A stretch of 64,000 nucleotides of DNA from Salisapilia sapeloensis CBS 127946 (lineage: Eukaryota > Protista > Oomycota): contig JAADVB010000065.1 in the NCBI GenBank assembly GCA_023334545.1, positions 15,761 to 79,760 on the forward strand, in the 5' to 3' direction. This document shows, piece by piece, positions 20,361-30,722 of this stretch (the stretch's first letter is position 1; each line of letters starts with the position of its first letter). The notes below the pieces were generated by a model. The model did not search any database, had not been told where the DNA came from, and was given only the letters and a program-made list of their open reading frames with translations. Both the position numbers and the translations under genes were made by a program.

Positions 20361-21782
20361 TACTGCTCCTAATACGAGGGTAGGTTTAAAATAATCCTGA
20401 ACAACAGTATTTGCGTATATAAAACTGCATACCCCGTTACTACGCCATTAAGTGATCTATCTGTTCAATCTGTCGTGCTGGAATCACCAGTATTAGCGCC
20501 TGATGTTATACCTATCATCATCAACAAGGTGGTCGTGGTTGCAAAGACGAGATAGAAGAAGGAATGCCACCGGTTCCGCTTAATGTCCTAGACGGCGTAT
20601 ACCGATGGGTCCGTTTAGCTTGTATCCATGGATAGGCAATTCGAGCATGTACGTAAAGGGGTATATTTTTGTAGTGTGCCAATACAGCTTTATCCAAGAA
20701 CGAACGTACAGAGCTTAAGTTTTATAATTGGCAAAGTGAACGGAAATATAAAGTCGGTAGTGGTGCTTAGGAGAAAGAAGTACAACAGCAAAGCATTATG
20801 AAGTAGTCAGAACAGAGTAAAAGGCAAAAGTATGGCATTTATGCTGCCGAGTAAGGCTTTGCAAAGTTACAAGCAACTTCAGGAGCGCCAAGACCATAAC
20901 AGATTCGAAGCATTCCAACAATAATCACAATTAGCCGTCAAACTTTGTGCCCTGGGGCTATTCGTCTTCCGGAAAGAAACATTCATGCTTTTTCCTGGTC
21001 GTCATATCACTCAGTCGACAGTCCGTCCCGATGCTTTCCTCGACTATTCGAGGCAGAAGACGGGGTTAACTCGAGAGGCAAAACCGAAATGTTGAAGGAA
21101 TCATAACATTTGTGGAAATATAACTTTGAGTGTTTTGTTTGCTTTTGCGCTATCGGGACCGTCGTAAACGTCGGCTGTGGTGTTAAGTAACACGCGGAAA
21201 TAATAGATTGTGCGGAAGTATCTTTACTCGGCGAATACGCTCTCTTCTTTCCACCAATGCCTTGAAACCTTTCTTTCCATCAAAAATTTATTTAGACAGT
21301 TCGAAAGCTTAAAAGAGATGGAGACATATACTTCGCAGAGATATAAGTATCGCACATGTACGCTCGTCACATGCTCTAAGACGATGAAAAGACAAACATA
21401 ATGGTCTCATCTACTATATAATTTGCTTTATCATTGCATTTGCTCCGGAAACCTCGATCAAGTAGGTTTTCCATAAACAACAAAATTGGATAGAGCTGAC
21501 CGTCGTATTGCGGTGTATTCTAGTTTGCGCTGACTGTCCGTATCTAGTAGATGGATATCATAGAGTTATCTAAATTGTATCGGTCCTAATGTCGAAAGTC
21601 GAAAAATCTGGCTGTTTAGCGCTGGACATATCGAAAGTCTGTCCCTGCCCTTGCTATGGAAAGCCACTTGCCACTTACTGGCCATGAGTCGGAGCACCAG
21701 CATGTCATTCGATGAGGAGTCGTAAGGAACGATCACTACCAAATTTCATCCCTTCTACTTACGTTGCTTTCGTCTGACCACT

Positions 21783-22478
21783 ATGATATCATCTCACGTG
21801 ATAAAAGAGCTTCAGACAGTGCGCAATCTACAGCACTACTTGCCTACAGCACCACGTTCAGAAGGTGGATGGAGTTCACAAGAGGAAGATCGGTTTTGGG
21901 AAGCCCTCGAGCTCTTTCCTCAAGGGCCTTGGACGTATATAGCCGAGCACATCGGCACTCGGTCAACTCGGCAGGCAATGACGAGGGGACAAAAGCTTAG
22001 ACAGAAGCTCATGCGGTGGCGAGATCGATTGCAATCGCTGCCGACGACTGCTGGAATGGCGGAAGAACTAGTCGCTACTGATCACAATGTCGAGAGATGG
22101 CAATATCAAGAGAATCATCGTAGCGATTTTGCAGTCAATGCACAAGGTGAAGGTATTACGGCAAATAGTGCGACGCCAGTGGAAATGGACACTCACGTAG
22201 GACGAGAGCGAGAATTTGAACGTAAATGCGCTGATCTGACCTTGTCTCCAAGTTCAGGTAAGTCTTCCGTTGCAATTGAGTTGTATTGACAGTCTTTCCA
22301 TGTGCACGACACTTACTAACGGTTGCGTGTCTTCTCAGGCGCTTTAATGGACGAGTTGGAGGATGCACAGGACGTATTCAGCATTGCGCCGATTCAAAAT
22401 TCCGACCCTATATTCGCGCTCACAAGTCTACCACATGACGAATTGCACGAATTGCTGTCTGTCCTACAAGATGACTGA
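21783..22478 (+). CDS. Second single-repeat Myb-like protein, 2 exons (start uncertain)
   Basis: WSSQEEDRFWEALELFPQGPWTYIAEHIGTRSTRQAMTRGQKLRQK. A GTAAGT...CTCAG intron at ~22258-22338 leads to a short acidic exon ending GAT GAC TGA at 22478. A one-mismatch Inr/FPR-like motif at 21731-21746 supports ATG 21783. Confidence 0.82.
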
Positions 22479-22634
22479 ATCTGATAGTTCCTTGTATGTA
22501 TCTTTGTTGTGTCGTGAGGACGTCGAAAACAAACATGCAGTGCACACTATTTTTCTCTTTTCATAGCAAGTTGAACTTGAGTGAAGTATGGAACAAAAAA
22601 AGAAAAACACTAAACCAGACAACGAAAGCTCCAA

Positions 22635-23621
22635 ATGGATTTTGAAGGCTTTGTTTGGCTTTTGGATGCTGGTGGCGGATGGTTTGGCCGGGATCGATGG
22701 ATAGAGACACCGCTCTTCATTCGCTCGACCTATGTCGAGTTTATGCAGTCGCATCAATCTGTATTACAGTTCCAAAATGCCGATTATATCGTCCATAGCT
22801 CTCAAGGGTCTGGTGTCGAGCACCAAGAAACCCATCGCATATTGATAAAGCTCGCGGTACGGAAGCTAGAGGATCTACGCAAGTCGTACATTTATCATAC
22901 TGCCACAAAGACAACTCAAATTGAATTTTACGCCGAATCGGACGATGTATATCAAGAAATTCTTCGCAGTTTCCAATCCAAAACGACTACGACAAAGGAC
23001 TTGAGTGTCGTCATAAATGATGCTTTTCAAGCACTCGAAATGGCTCAAAAAGCGTCAGGACGTGGAGAGTCGACAAAAGCTGTAAAGCTTTATAATGATG
23101 CTCAAATGGGCTTCACTACAGCTGCCAAGGGCGTCGTCGACAGTAAACGAAAAGAGCTTTTCAAAACCCAATGCGAAGACATCCAAAAAAATATTGATGA
23201 AATACAAAAATCATGTCTCGATCTACTAGAATTCCAAGTTGAAAGCAACAACGATGCAAGGACGATGGAGGAGAGGATGCATGAGTTGGACGATTTTGCA
23301 CAACAGAGAGCAGCGCATAGAGCTCAAGATGAGAAAAGCACGGACCCGAAAGACTTGGCAGTCCGACTGAGTGCATTGAAGAATGAGCGTCGGAAGGCCT
23401 CGAGTATTCAAGCCCTAACGTCTCGACTGCAAAAGCTACGTGGTCACGAAAGTGAGCAAGATGGAGACCGTGAAAGTTCTTCCGAAGTGAACCGAATCAT
23501 TCAACAGGCTCAAGATGAAGTCACGCTTGGATTGGCACAAGAAGAAAATATGTCTGACCTAGATAGAGACTCCAGTTCTTCGGATGAACAAAGTGACGAA
23601 AAGTCTTCTTTCAATTGCTAA
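22635..23621 (+). CDS. PH-like + MIT-like domain protein with coiled-coil/acidic tail
   Basis: 328-aa intronless ORF. N-terminus FEGFVWLLDAGGGWFGRDRWIETPLFI...IEFYAESDDVYQEIL is PH-like. Central AFQALEMAQKASGRGESTKAVKLYNDAQMGF...RKELFKTQCE resembles an MIT three-helix bundle. Confidence 0.6.
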   Translation: MDFEGFVWLLDAGGGWFGRDRWIETPLFIRSTYVEFMQSHQSVLQFQNADYIVHSSQGSGVEHQETHRILIKLAVRKLEDLRKSYIYHTATKTTQIEFYAESDDVYQEILRSFQSKTTTTKDLSVVINDAFQALEMAQKASGRGESTKAVKLYNDAQMGFTTAAKGVVDSKRKELFKTQCEDIQKNIDEIQKSCLDLLEFQVESNNDARTMEERMHELDDFAQQRAAHRAQDEKSTDPKDLAVRLSALKNERRKASSIQALTSRLQKLRGHESEQDGDRESSSEVNRIIQQAQDEVTLGLAQEENMSDLDRDSSSSDEQSDEKSSFNC

Positions 23622-23643
23622 CTCAAAGGCAGTTGCTTTCAAA

Positions 23644-24614
23644 TTAAAAAACGGGCTGCATGGCGCTGTCGTAGATAGCCAAGAGCAGATCGTGGTAGTC
23701 GGCCGTCGTCGCCTCATCGATACTCTCGCGCAGATTCTTGCCGTACGCCTCTTCGTACATTTCGGACACTCGGGGCAGAACAGAGAAGTAGCGGACGATT
23801 GCGTGGCTCAACATGCTGCCGCTGTCTGTGCTGATCTCCTCGATGGCGGTGTTGAAGTGGCCGGCAAGCGCCGAGGTTGGCTCGATTGCCATCTGAATGC
23901 TGAACAGCAGAGCATCCTTGGCTTCATCCTCAAACTCCTCTTCAACCTGACCCTTCACCGACTCATCAGCGTTGCCCGTCATAATGACACTGACGTGATT
24001 CACGAGGTCTTCTTTGATCGATTCACCAGGCTCATCGCCGTCGTCCGCGTCCTTCTCGGCAGCCTTCAACGCTGCAATCATCACGTCCTTGAAGTCTCCA
24101 GACAGGTTACTGTCAAAGAAAGCCTCCAAGTCTTCATCGTATGCCTTCTGGAATGTCTGACGCAAGATAGCGATCTCACCTTTGGTTCTTCCCATCACAA
24201 TCTACATGATACTTGAGCTCATGTTTCTTTTAGTAAAAAGACAAAAATACGTACAGGAAAGATGGCCTTCTTATCGTCTGTGAAGAATCCAGTGGCGTTC
24301 TTCAAAAGAGAAGCTTCCGCATCCGGAAGTGGAGTGCACAGCAGCTTGAGCAAGTCACGGTAGGCGCCAGAGGTTTCACCCTTGACTTCGTCCTTGAGGT
24401 TAACTCCAAAGATCTTCTTGTAGTAGTGCGCAACGAGGAAGCGGTTTTCTGGCCTGGACGCCGCCAATGCTTCACTCAAAAGCTTTTCGTTCGTGCCGAC
24501 GCCGACACACGCCTCTTTCACTTGCTCGACGGTGATATTAACATCAACCGGGATCAAGTTCTGGTCCATTTGCGTGGACAAGTGGAAGGCAGCGGAAGGA
24601 TAGAGGTGCAACAT
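23644..24614 (-). CDS. Annexin, 2 exons (~305 aa)
   Basis: Exons 24614-24255 and 24201-23644 (53-nt GT-AG intron). Annexin repeat motifs GVGTNEKLLSEAL, ETSGAYRDLL, LSGDFKDVM, TADYHDLLL. Confidence 0.9.
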
Positions 24615-24934
24615 CTTGTTGTCGCGGTCTTGTGGGGTAGATGGATCTTTCGGAAATGAGTTGGGAGAGCGTTTTTTCGATAGAAATCAGGTTACACTTG
24701 CTATTTGTATGCAAGGAACGACGGAGAAAAAGATGGCTTTGAAATCGATCTCAATGGTTTCGTATGTCGTTAGTAGACTTTACGCGCCGATGCAATTAGT
24801 TTCGTCTAGTGGTAGTCACAGGCAAGGAGAAGAAGAGGTTCGTTGGTGCTGCATGCATCCTCATTGGAACATTGGTGGTACAAGGCATAGAGGCAGAACT
24901 GAAATCGAAGTCAAAGTATACTGCAAAATACTCG

Positions 24935-26293
24935 TTACTTCTTTTTCCCACCTTTCTTCGACTTCTTTTTCTTCTCCATCTCGAGTTTCACTGCAAACTC
25001 CAGCGCCTTTCGGTCCGAGACTTGGCGTAAACGGTCTTCCTCTTCTTTCATCAATCGCTGTCGCTCTTGTTCCTGTTTCATCCGTTCGACATGACGCTCT
25101 TGCTTTCGTTCTTCGATCCAGTGTTCCTAATTCCATGCAAATTAAGTACTTGCAACATTAAAAGTATGCATAAACAATGTACCTCTTCCACTTGCTTCAA
25201 CGCCAGATCGTGCCGCGCCTGCTCTTTCGCAGCTGCTGTCAAATGAGCTTTTCGCAGTACCACCTTCTTCTCTTGCAGCTCATCAAACCTCTGCTGGTTG
25301 CGAACGATTTGAGCTCGAATATGCCTCTCGTCGTCAACGGCAAGGCGGTTGTTTCCAACATCAAGGCTAATCAAAGTTTCATTCTTGCTAATAGAGTTCG
25401 CTATATGCCTCCCCCCTTCGACACCCAAGCGGGTTCGCCACAGACTTAAGCTTCGAAGCGTTGAATTCACTGCGAGCATCTCTCCAAGCGCAAGGACCCC
25501 ACTAAAGTCTTTTTCATCATCCGTAAGAGGGTTGCTTTCTAGATTGAGCAACAAGAGTGTTTTGTTCTTTCGTAAAGCCATCGCTAGCTCTTTGGCCGTA
25601 GATGATCCAAATTCATTTCCTTCCAGCTCCAGCCTCTGGAGCGTCGAGTTGCGACTTAATAAAGTAGCAAGCCATTTGCCTGCATCATGTCGTAGCTTGT
25701 TTCCACATAGACTAAGCGAAACGAGAGAATGATTGAATTGAAGCCGCTTGCACAAAGCTCTCGTCGCGACGCCGTTCAACTTGAGTTCTGCGTTCATAGG
25801 GGTCCGTTGCTGTTGAACTAGTCCCAGCCACACTTCGAGCTCTGGGTTATTTGACAGCTCGGAAACTTCTTCCTTGAGCTCCTGTTCTCGCTCTTGCCGA
25901 CGGCGTTGCACCGTTTCTTTCAAATAGCTCCTCGCTGCTGCCTGTTGCTTGCGATGCTGTCTCGCATGGGACTCGGCCAAGTGCTCTCGATTAAACTCTT
26001 CTTGAAGAGTAGCGGCGTCGTCATTGAAAAACCCTTTAGGCTGGAGACCTCGGTCCAGCATCTACAATACAACGAATGCTTTACGTGCCGTGTGTAGCGT
26101 GAAGAGAATGAGCTAATACCTCTCGACGGATCTCGTTCTGAGCAAGCGTGAAGGCATCCGTAGGCTTGCTATCGTCAGGCGTGACACGAGACAAGATGGC
26201 TTCACGATCGCTCGATGGCAACCTGGCAATGTCAACGTCTGTATCCTCGTCATATTGCACGTCGCTACCTCCTAAGAATTCATCCAAGTCCAT
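24935..26293 (-). CDS. RNI-like leucine-rich repeat protein with coiled-coil and Lys-rich tail (~414 aa, 3 exons)
   Basis: Exons 26293-26120, 26061-25183 and 25126-24935 splice in phase 0. Repeated ~28-aa LRRs (NHSLVSLSLCGNKL, NSTLQRLELEGNEF, NKTLLLLNLESNPL, NSTLRSLSLWRTRL, NETLISLDVGNNRL). Ends EKKKKSKKGGKKK*. Confidence 0.85.
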
Positions 26294-26379
26294 CGTGGCA
26301 AGTTTTGGACTCGTCGAGTTTTTGTTTATTCAGAGGCAGAATTAGTCACGAAACGCCCCAAGATAAAGTAAGAAAACAT

Positions 26380-28236
26380 CTATTCGTCCTCAGGCTTTTG
26401 ATCTGAAGCAAGTAGTTCGGTCTCATCGACCACTTGTGCTACATCGCGGTCTTTCACTTCGTCCGGTTTCTCTGTTTCTTCCGTTTTAGCTGTTGGTTCT
26501 GGCTCCGAATCCTCCTCTGCGCCCGAAGGTGCTGGGCCTTGACCATACTCGTTCGTGCGCTTGGCATCCACTGGGTAGATCCATCGCTGATAGAGGTAGA
26601 TGAAGAAGATGAGGTCATCCCGGAAGCAGCTGAGGCGATGCATCCACGGCATCGTGATGACAAAAGCGAAGAGGTCGTCGATGAACGTGTTCAGAGACTT
26701 GTAGACCATGGCGCGCCAGGGCAAGTGAGCAACGCTCTTAAGCTTGTAATTGATGTAGAGCTGTGGTGTCATCATGACAAAGCCAAAGGCATAGACGAAG
26801 CTTGTGAGACTCGAGATGACCCACGAGTACCACCCTTTATGGACTCCGTAGGTGAGTGTGTAGAACGCTTGGCCGACGATGAGGGGGTAAATGACAAAGG
26901 AAAGGTGGGCGACGGCCACTCGGTCATGCTCGGCCGTGGGAGACGCATCGTACGACTCTTCTGCATCCACTCGCCACTTGCCGGTCTCCGGGTCTTTTTG
27001 CACTTTAATCGCTTTGGTGATTTTCCATGCATCAATAACGAGGGAGACAAAGGAGCTGAGTAGGATCATCCAGGACGTGTCGTTGTCCATAAGGTAGAGG
27101 AAGATGACCACTTGGAAGAACGTGTTGAGGCCAAGCGTCCGGAGGGAGATGCCTGCCAAGGATTTTTGGTTCTTCCAGAAGCTCACATCGTTCTTGAAGG
27201 CTAAAAAGTCAAAGAGCGAGTGGAATAGCGACACAACAAAGGTGATGGCCAATAGGTACGGGTTGGACTCGAGCACCATTCTCTTCATGCTGTCCGTGTC
27301 TTTTCGAGAAGACGTCCCAGAGGCTTCTTGCTGCTCAAAGGACTGCTGCATCTGCGTATAAGCTGCTAGTTTGTAGATGGGTAGACTGTAGAAAGAGATG
27401 TGGAGTGGGACGGTCGAGACGCTCTTGTTGACCGGTACGAGCATGTCGTCCAGAACCCAAAAGTCATTCATGAAAAGCACTGGCGAGTACTTTTTCTTTT
27501 GTTTGTCCACGTGCATGCGTCCTCGCAGGAATGGGGGTGGCGGGGATGACGGAGCAAAGGTCGTTTCATCATACACGACGTTCACGACAAACGATGGTCT
27601 CCACATCGTCACGTACGTTTCATCATGCATGTCCTCCACGACCTCTTCTACATCTTCGTCGGAAGACAGCAAGTTTCTCTTCTTCACAATAGCATTTGCC
27701 GGGCGGTACGTCACGAGAGGGTGGCTCTTGTACAGAACGGCCAACGGGTCGTCTCGTTCTGGAGACACGCCTGCTTTGGATAGGTATACATGTGCATACA
27801 TTGACTTGTTGTTGGCGAACCAGTCCTCCTGTATACTAACGTTCAAATCAGCCGTCCACTGCCCTTCATCGCTTCCTTTGGGCTCCGTGAGGTACGAGTA
27901 CGTCAGACCGTCCTGAATGTGCCACCGTAAAAGCTGCTGTGCATCCGCCGCAGACAATGCTGTCAAGTCCAGTTGCTCTTCCGGACTAATGTAAACACGC
28001 AACTCTATCGGTTCGTCCGTTTTCCATGCATTGCTGAGTATTCCTTCGACAGGCTTGGCCACTGGAGCAGACGACGCGTCCTTCGTGTCGCTTAGTTGGG
28101 GTTTCGTGGGCGGCGGAGTTGGCGCCATAAAGTTATTCAGCACGGCCTGGATTGCATACCACATGAAGGCCATGCGGATGACCGGCTTCCACCGTTCGAT
28201 CCATCCCCCGCCCTCCTGCTCATTCTCCTCGACCAT
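26380..28236 (-). CDS. CLPTM1: CLPTM1-family multi-pass ER membrane protein (lipid scramblase family)
   Basis: Motifs ESNPYLLAITFVVSLFHSLFDFLAFKND, FGFVMMTPQLYINYKLKSVAHLPW, YKSLNTFIDDLFAF, HRLSCFRDD, YQRWIYPVD. Likely start is MVEENE at 28236 inside the longer ORF. Confidence 0.95.
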   Translation of the reverse strand: MVEENEQEGGGWIERWKPVIRMAFMWYAIQAVLNNFMAPTPPPTKPQLSDTKDASSAPVAKPVEGILSNAWKTDEPIELRVYISPEEQLDLTALSAADAQQLLRWHIQDGLTYSYLTEPKGSDEGQWTADLNVSIQEDWFANNKSMYAHVYLSKAGVSPERDDPLAVLYKSHPLVTYRPANAIVKKRNLLSSDEDVEEVVEDMHDETYVTMWRPSFVVNVVYDETTFAPSSPPPPFLRGRMHVDKQKKKYSPVLFMNDFWVLDDMLVPVNKSVSTVPLHISFYSLPIYKLAAYTQMQQSFEQQEASGTSSRKDTDSMKRMVLESNPYLLAITFVVSLFHSLFDFLAFKNDVSFWKNQKSLAGISLRTLGLNTFFQVVIFLYLMDNDTSWMILLSSFVSLVIDAWKITKAIKVQKDPETGKWRVDAEESYDASPTAEHDRVAVAHLSFVIYPLIVGQAFYTLTYGVHKGWYSWVISSLTSFVYAFGFVMMTPQLYINYKLKSVAHLPWRAMVYKSLNTFIDDLFAFVITMPWMHRLSCFRDDLIFFIYLYQRWIYPVDAKRTNEYGQGPAPSGAEEDSEPEPTAKTEETEKPDEVKDRDVAQVVDETELLASDQKPEDE

Positions 28237-28365
28237 CGCTATCTCAATGAGCTTCAGGTCAGAACCAACAGAAAGCATTGGTGGAAAACACAGTATTTCT
28301 ACCAATCCAACATCGACTCCGAGCAACAAAGCGGGCATCAAACATCCGACCAGGGATCAGACAGG

Positions 28366-30571
28366 ATGAAAGTGGTAAGCAAGGTCTATACTGCTACTTG
28401 ATTATACGAGACTCATTGCAGTGGTGCAGATTCAATTGGGTGGCACCAATGATGCCTTGTGTCAATTCGTTAGTTTAGGAGGGTATCACCTCTTGCTGGA
28501 CTGTGGCATCCATCTCAACTTTCGAGAGGACGGGAAGGTTTTGGCCGTGCTGCCTGATGTAGAGCGGGTGGAAGTTGGCGGTGTGGATATATTACTTTTA
28601 TCGAACCACAGCAGTACATTTGCACTGCCGTTCCTCGTTAAATACTTCGGATTTCGAGTATCTATTTGTATATTTTACTGGTTAATCGTCCATACTCATT
28701 ATTGCTGCTTCGTACAGGGCAAAATATACGCTACAGCCGCAACCGTGTCCTTTGGTCGTGCGATGCTCAATCAGTTACTAGACCAGGCCTCGAACGGGAA
28801 TGTCATCTTCACGTCCTATGACGGCTCGAAAGAGTTTCATCTTTCGCCGAGTGAAATCGCCGAGAGCTTTGACCAAGTCATTCATATCGAGTACAAAGAA
28901 GTGCTGAAGCTCCAGTACAATATCCAGATCATAGCACTCAGTTCAGGGTTTTGTCTTGGTGCTAGCATTTACGTCATTGAGGGAGGCGGAGAGAAACTGG
29001 CGTACGTCCCAGCCGCGTCGGGCGACCTCAACCGCCACCCGAAAGAACTGGACTTGACCCCTTTGGCTAATTGTGAAACGCTTTTCCTTACAGACCTCAA
29101 ACCTGACCGTGACCCCCATGCGACGACGGAATATCGTGTCGAGCAGTTACTCGCAAGTGTGACCCAGGTGCTGGACAGAGGCGGCATCTGCATCTTCCCC
29201 TGCTCGCCCACCGGCACCGTCTACGATCTCATTGAAGCCGTGTCTGCCGTCTGTCTCCGCTCACGTCAGCATCCTTCTCCTATGGTTCTAGTTTCGTCTT
29301 TAGCAAAGGAGATCTTGGAGCTCATTCAAGTCGGTCCGGAGTGGTTGTGCGAAAAGAAGATCGAACGACTGTATGCTGGAGAAGATGCGTTTCCGTTGCA
29401 ATGGCTCGTAAACAACAATGTGTTGCACTTGGTTCCAGAGGTGACGCCACAACTGCCTTCGTTGTTGCAGGTATGTATCGATCTATCTCGGATGTCGCAG
29501 TACTCCACTCATACGTGCTGATAGAATGGAGGAGTTGTCTTTGCGGATGATCCGACACTTCGCTTTGGACCGGCTGCCGATGTCATCCGGATGTTTGGCG
29601 AGGATACGAAGAACGCCGTTCTTTTGATTGGTATGTGCATCCTCTATCCCTTCTCCATGTGACGCTTACCCAAGTGTCCAGACCCGACGATTGATCCGAA
29701 TGTGGCGGTGAGTCCGCTCATGTCGCTCCCGCTTGAGAAGATGGCGTGTCCGATCGACGCGCGCTTGAGCTGTGGAGATGCGAATCAGTTCGTGACTCGT
29801 TGTGCACCGACGGCACTGATTGTTCCGTACGAGTACACCGTTGCACCGGACGCTAATCGAAACGACGAGGCTTCCCGTTTTATCAAGGTGGCTCCTTTAT
29901 CCGAACTGATCGTTGCCAAGCCAAAGACGGAGCTGCAGACGGTGCCTATAAAGAGACTGGAACCTGTTCAGATGGACAAGGGCTCCAAGTACATCGACGG
30001 ATGGCTCGACCCAGAGGTAAAGATGTAACTCGTCATACGTCTTGATCGTACTTCATCTGCTTTGTAGCTGTCTGTTAAGGTGAAGCTGACTCAAACCGGT
30101 GGGAAAGCGGTGGGAGGTGTTCGCGGCGTCTTTCGAGCAGAGAAGGATACCTTTATCCTAGAGGAGTTGGGACCCCAACCTAAACTTCAGACAGCAGAGG
30201 CAGATCCGAATGAAGGCAAGAAGGTAACCGGTAAGCGCAAATCTCCAGGTCAGTCGACGTCGTACCACTCGTCTGCATCAATTGCCAGTCAGGACCGTCT
30301 CGAGTTTCAAGAGCAGAGCAGCCTGGTCTTTGGTACCATTGACGAAGAATATCTGATGCGGCAAATCAAGAAGCATGATCCGAGTGCACAAGTGTTTGCG
30401 ACGCAAGGGCCACATGGGGCAGATGTGCTTTTAAACATTCCGTCGATGGAAGCAAAGGTGACTTTGTGGAAGGACGAGCCGAAGACGCTCGTGGAGACAA
30501 ACAACGAAAATGCTAGAAACTTGCTGTCGTCCCTCATCACGGCGCAACTAGTTACGTTTGCACCGTACTAA
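28366..30571 (+). CDS. INTS9: Integrator complex subunit 9 (inactive metallo-beta-lactamase/beta-CASP fold), multi-exon
   Basis: Micro-exon ATGAAAGTG|GTAAGC splices to IQLGG...LLLDCG. Other motifs: degenerate metal motif LLSNHS, ALP, IYAT, SSGFCLGAS, RHP, CSPTGTVYDL, CPIDARL. The ORF blocks 28421, 29702 and 30080 are linked by GT-AG introns. Confidence 0.85.
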
Positions 30572-30722
30572 TATACTCGTTTCCATTCGAAAAGTGTTCA
30601 TGCATGTCGAAGGATGATATTTTCCGAGGGAAGGAAGCTTCCATCTAAAATATAAATAGACTCTTCGATCCTATTTGCGGACCTGGGGGAGAAAGAGGAG
30701 TATTCAAGGTGATTGTGAGCGG

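Noticed and set aside
23584-24216. 210-aa plus-strand ORF
   Set aside because: Antisense shadow of annexin exon 2 with no recognisable motifs.
28590-28620. INTS9 lacking the HxHxDH metal motif
   Set aside because: INTS9 is established as the catalytically inactive partner of INTS11.
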